Shown here one piece after another: positions 23,946 to 27,938 of a stretch of DNA of 27,938 bases. The translations under genes and the position numbers were made by a program. Source of the stretch: Ginkgo biloba (taxonomy: Eukaryota; Plantae; Ginkgophyta); NCBI GenBank assembly GCA_024626585.2, contig JANKJI020000002.1, positions 246,953,122-246,981,059 on the forward strand, read 5' to 3'. A model generated the notes under the pieces. The model worked only from the letters and a program-made list of their open reading frames with translations. It had not been told where the DNA came from and made no database searches. Every line of letters starts with the position of its first letter. Positions within the stretch are counted from its first letter, which is position 1.

Positions 23946-25400
23946 GCTAAAAATAGAAATTTGTCAAAAATTATATAAAATGTCAAAAATGTGCAAAAGT
24001 TTATAAATTGATATAAGACTTTAAAGAAATCTAGGGGGGTTTGAAATAAATTTCTAGAAGTTCAAGTTAACATGCAAAAGTATATTTTTTATTTAAAATG
24101 ATGAGAATCTCATGATGGGATAAAAAGTGATGCCATTTTGTGATAAAAGAATTATAGTTATATTTTGCATAATGATGTACCCGCTTAGTAATTAGAGGAG
24201 TTATCAAAGTATGCAAAAGTGTTGATTGGAAATTTAAGGGGGTAATATTATTTATGGAACCTATGTACTCTCTATACACTAAAATAAATCTCTCTAGCAA
24301 AACTATATGGTTAGAACAATTATATGTATGGAAAATTTTCTTAATATTATATAAGCACGCATAGTTGGAAAGAATACCATGACAATGCATGCTCCTGAAG
24401 AGCACACTTACATGGTATCATATTTTTTCATCACAAAAATACTATATGCTTCACAAAAAGTCTCCATATATTCTTGCACTACATTACAACTCACAAAACT
24501 AAACTTTGCAGCTCTTTGGCAGAGTATATGCAATTGATTTTAATATGACAGAGTCAAACCATTCATAAACCGTAATGTGCATGCACAGTAATTATTCATT
24601 GTCACAATTACTCACAAGTAGTGTTCTTAGCTACAAGATTTGAAGAACCAAAAGATTACTATTAGATCTAAATTGCCAGAGTACTGAATCTAATCAGAGT
24701 GTTGAAGAAGTCATGTTTCCAAGTGAAGAATTGTTCACAGTGCACAAGTATGCATATATGCTGATGGTAGAATGACGAGACATAAAACTCATTGTACACA
24801 CCATGTGTTGTGTGACTGGCATATAAGAAGTGAGCAAAATAGATGCAATATTTATGAACTATGTTGTAGGAAGCATGTAAACAGGGATGTGGCATTTTAA
24901 AAAAGAACAGGAAATGACAAAACCACAAAATATAGGGCAATATGGGAATGGTATTTTTGTTTCCTAAGATTCGATATGATCTGAGATCTTATCTAGACTA
25001 CTCTGCTTTGAAAATATTATATGTTCTTGCACAAATGCCTCTTTAAGTAAATCAGAAATTCTGTACAAACATCTCTTTCCAATGCTGTACTTATTTTTGG
25101 CATTTGTCAACACCTTGTATGAACATAGATTTGAAACATCAGATTTGTGAGGTTGGCAATAGTCATCATGCATATAAAGAAAAAACACAGCAAATGGATC
25201 TAAGAAGAGGAAGAGACTGCAACAAAATCTCATGNNNNNNNNNNNNNNNNNNNNNNNNNNNNNNNNNNNNNNNNNNNNNNNNNNNNNNNNNNNNNNNNNN
25301 NNNNNNNNNNNNNNNNNNNNNNNNNNNNNNNNNNAATTCAACTATTATATATAATTTAACTCAATAAATCACATATAATTTAATTAATATATCTATAAGA

Positions 25401-25648
25401 GGTGTTGTGATGGCATTGTGTTGCCCGAAATAGTGCCCATTTATGATGAATAATTATAATACTGTTCCAATCAGATTATTCCAGTTGGAACAAATCTATA
25501 ATACAGTGGAAAAATGAATGCCATCACATGCCATACAACACTACAATACCATGGAAAAATGATACATTTTTATACAACACTACAATACAGAATAGTTCTA
25601 ACATTATTAATAAGATATGCAGTAGGAAAATGACACCATCACATGCCA
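25401..25648. repeat. Cluster of inverted and direct repeats (foldback/MITE-like)
   Basis: Inverted pairs TGTGATGGCATT (25406-25417) / AATGCCATCACA (25517-25528) and TGTTCCAA (25463-25470) / TTGGAACA (25485-25492); direct repeats ATACAACACTACAATAC x2 and CCATCACATGCCA x2. Confidence 0.7.
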
Positions 25649-26049
25649 GGTTAGAATAATTTGAATTCTATTAATGAGATAAAAAATAGGCTATAAGGAA
25701 TTAAAATTGGTTAAATATGACATTGAGCACGATGGGTTGTTTATAGATGCTGGGCAACTCATCCAATTTTTGATATCTGCATAATTTTGACTTCAAAATT
25801 TCATAATTAAATAAATCCATAAAGTAATGGACATAATTTTTAAGGTATGCACAATTATGACATGGACAATCTACATACTGATACTAATAAACACCTTTAA
25901 GAGGGGACTTAGAGAGAAAATCTAAAATTAGGTAAATAACCCTCTCTAAAAAATTAACATCTTTAGCATTTGAGTAATTGGTGAAAAGCCAAGTGTATTT
26001 CATAGCCAAGAGCTATGCTTTCCAATCGTGGATCAACATTTTTTTCTAA

Positions 26050-26521
26050 TTTACCAAACTATTCCAATAATCATGGTCTCTCTTTTACATTCCAAAAAGG
26101 ATTTGTTATCGAGTTTCTTACTTTGTAATTGTATGCTACTTCATCAATGGAAGGAGTAACTATTTATGATCTCCATCTGTCTTAATAGAACACCTTATTA
26201 GATTTGAAATTATAGAGGATAGATATACCTTGACACCATCAAGAAGCCCTCCAACGTTCAATGGGAAAAACCATGATGCTAATGGATATTAGTTCATTAT
26301 TGATGGGCTAAAACAGGGAAAACAAATTCAATATAGCATTTCCATGCTTGTATATTTAATCACCTAGATTTAGGGAATATCTACTTCTTAGACTATTATA
26401 CATTGATAAAATATACACAATCTTGAAGAAGCCTAATCAAATCAATAATCCCTTGAGAATTTATAAATTACAGGCACATTTGTCTCCAAACTACACATTG
26501 CATGGTATTGGGAGTAGATTT
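26050..26521 (-). mobile_element. LINE (L1-type) ORF2 remnant, region C-terminal to RT
   Basis: The minus strand reads MQCVVWRQMCL*FINSQGIIDL, resembling the L1 motif VxWxxhCxPKxxGGLGIxDL. The lower boundary is approximate. Confidence 0.45.
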
Positions 26522-27310
26522 NNNNNNNNNNNNNNNNNNNNNNNNNNNNNNNNNNNNNNNNNNNNNNNNNNNNNNNNNNNNNNNNNNNNNNNNNNNNNNN
26601 NNNNNNNNNNNNNNNNNNNNNGCATTATTGTCAAAATATGTAACTTATTTTCACCATCATTATTTCTCTACAATAGTGTACCCATCATTGTCTTCTTTAA
26701 ATAATTCAAATCTGTATATGTATCATTAATATGTATGCATCATAACTATAATCTAAAATACATTTTCCCTATAATACCATAACCATTTCCATTTCTTGTA
26801 AACTGTAAGATTGAAAAAACTATAACTATTATTGTTTTATTATGAAAANNNNNNNNNNNNNNNNNNNNNNNNNNNNNNNNNNNNNNNNNNNNNNNNNNNN
26901 NNNNNNNNNNNNNNNNNNNNGGCTCATAGGTTTTACAATGTCTATCATGCATTTCATGAAACATTTTCTTGCAACTATGATTTCTTTTATCTAGATTAAA
27001 GGATTATATAGATAGAGTAAAAGTAAGAAATAATATGTGTCTATAATAGCTAGAGGAAATGCATGTATAAATAAATAAAATAGGATAATAGCTCTATAGA
27101 GAGTGTGTTTTATTTTTCCTTGTCCTTTCTTTCCCTAAATAATATTAGGTTTCGCCAAAACTTCAAGGTTATTCTTAATCTCATTATTCTCTTCTTTGTT
27201 TTTGTGTATAACTCTTTTCTCTAATTACTCTGATATCATATAGTTAGAGATGTGTTTTCCAAGGAAATAAAATTTTAATTTCTTTAGTGGTTTTATTTTT
27301 TGACATCGAC

Positions 27311-27938
27311 ATGAAAATAGAGATAATGTCTTATATAATAGAACATTGCATTATTAAAAATTTTGACGGAGAAAACTTTAATTTATAAAAACTCAAGATA
27401 CAGATGATTATGATTTTAGAAAAACTATGGGGATTTATTGATAGTGAAGAAATAAATATGGATACAAAATATACAAAATACAAGGCTTATGAGAAGCATG
27501 ACAATAAATATATTATAACAATATTTCTCAATCTAAAAGATTTATAATTGTTGTATGTGCATTATGCAGAATAAACCAAAGAAGATTGGGATACACTTGG
27601 AAGCATGTTTAATACAAAGAATGTGGAAAACAAATTATATCTACGTTATAAAGTTTTAAACTTTAAAAATGAATGAGGGAGATAATGTCCCCTCTCACAC
27701 TAATAAGGTTCAAAAATTGAATAAACAACTTACAACTATTGGCTCTAAAGTATTGAAAGAGAATGTTGTCATGGATCTACTTAATAGTCTACTTAAGTCA
27801 TTTGAGAATATTACTATCTCTCTTGGAAATCACTTGGATGTGAAGTTAGAATAATAAAATTGGTTTAACACTCCATAAAGAAGAACACATACACAACATC
27901 TAGTAGAATTGGTCTACCATTTTCTCATTAACTCTTCA
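27311..27938 (+). mobile_element. Ty1/Copia gag pseudogene (DUF4219-like N-terminus plus UBN2-type gag domain)
   Basis: IKNFDGENFNL*KLKIQMIMILEKLWGFIDSEE...TKEDWDTLGSMFNTKNVENKLYLRYKVLNFK, then a frameshift into MNEGDNVPSHTNKVQKLNKQLTTIGSKV...LLNSLLKSFE. It has several in-frame stops. A degenerate PBS TGATATCATA lies at 27231-27240 with LTR-like sequence upstream. Confidence 0.88.

Noticed and set aside
24964-25234. Minus-strand ORF MRFCCSLFLF...
   Set aside because: No recognisable motif and composition is compatible with intron/UTR; kept only as part of the gene-like island finding.

Overview
This is AT-rich (roughly 30% GC by eye) eukaryotic land-plant DNA from a fragmented draft assembly with many N gaps, often exactly 100 N. 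It is mostly decayed transposable elements: several Ty3/Gypsy LTR retrotransposon pieces (LTRs, tRNA-iMet primer-binding sites [PBS], gag, aspartic protease), Ty1/Copia gag and RT remnants, probable LINE remnants and degenerate repeat arrays. The supplied ORF track is almost entirely spurious (N-spanning or random). The only clearly host-derived coding sequence is missing from that track: five short phase-2 exons at 7126-8095 (+) that splice into five plant-type LRRs resembling the LRR-VIII-2 (LRR-malectin) receptor-kinase ectodomain. One splice acceptor is AT instead of AG, one LRR is 2 codons short, and no flanking exons are visible. The block could therefore be a pseudogene, a TE-captured (possibly Helitron) fragment, or part of a gene with very large introns. 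Other points of interest are a young CpG-rich LTR carrying five DRE/CRT cores and a gene-like island at about 24.4-25.2 kb that retains CHG sites. I find no supportable evidence of a genuinely new biological system; the findings are hypotheses to test.
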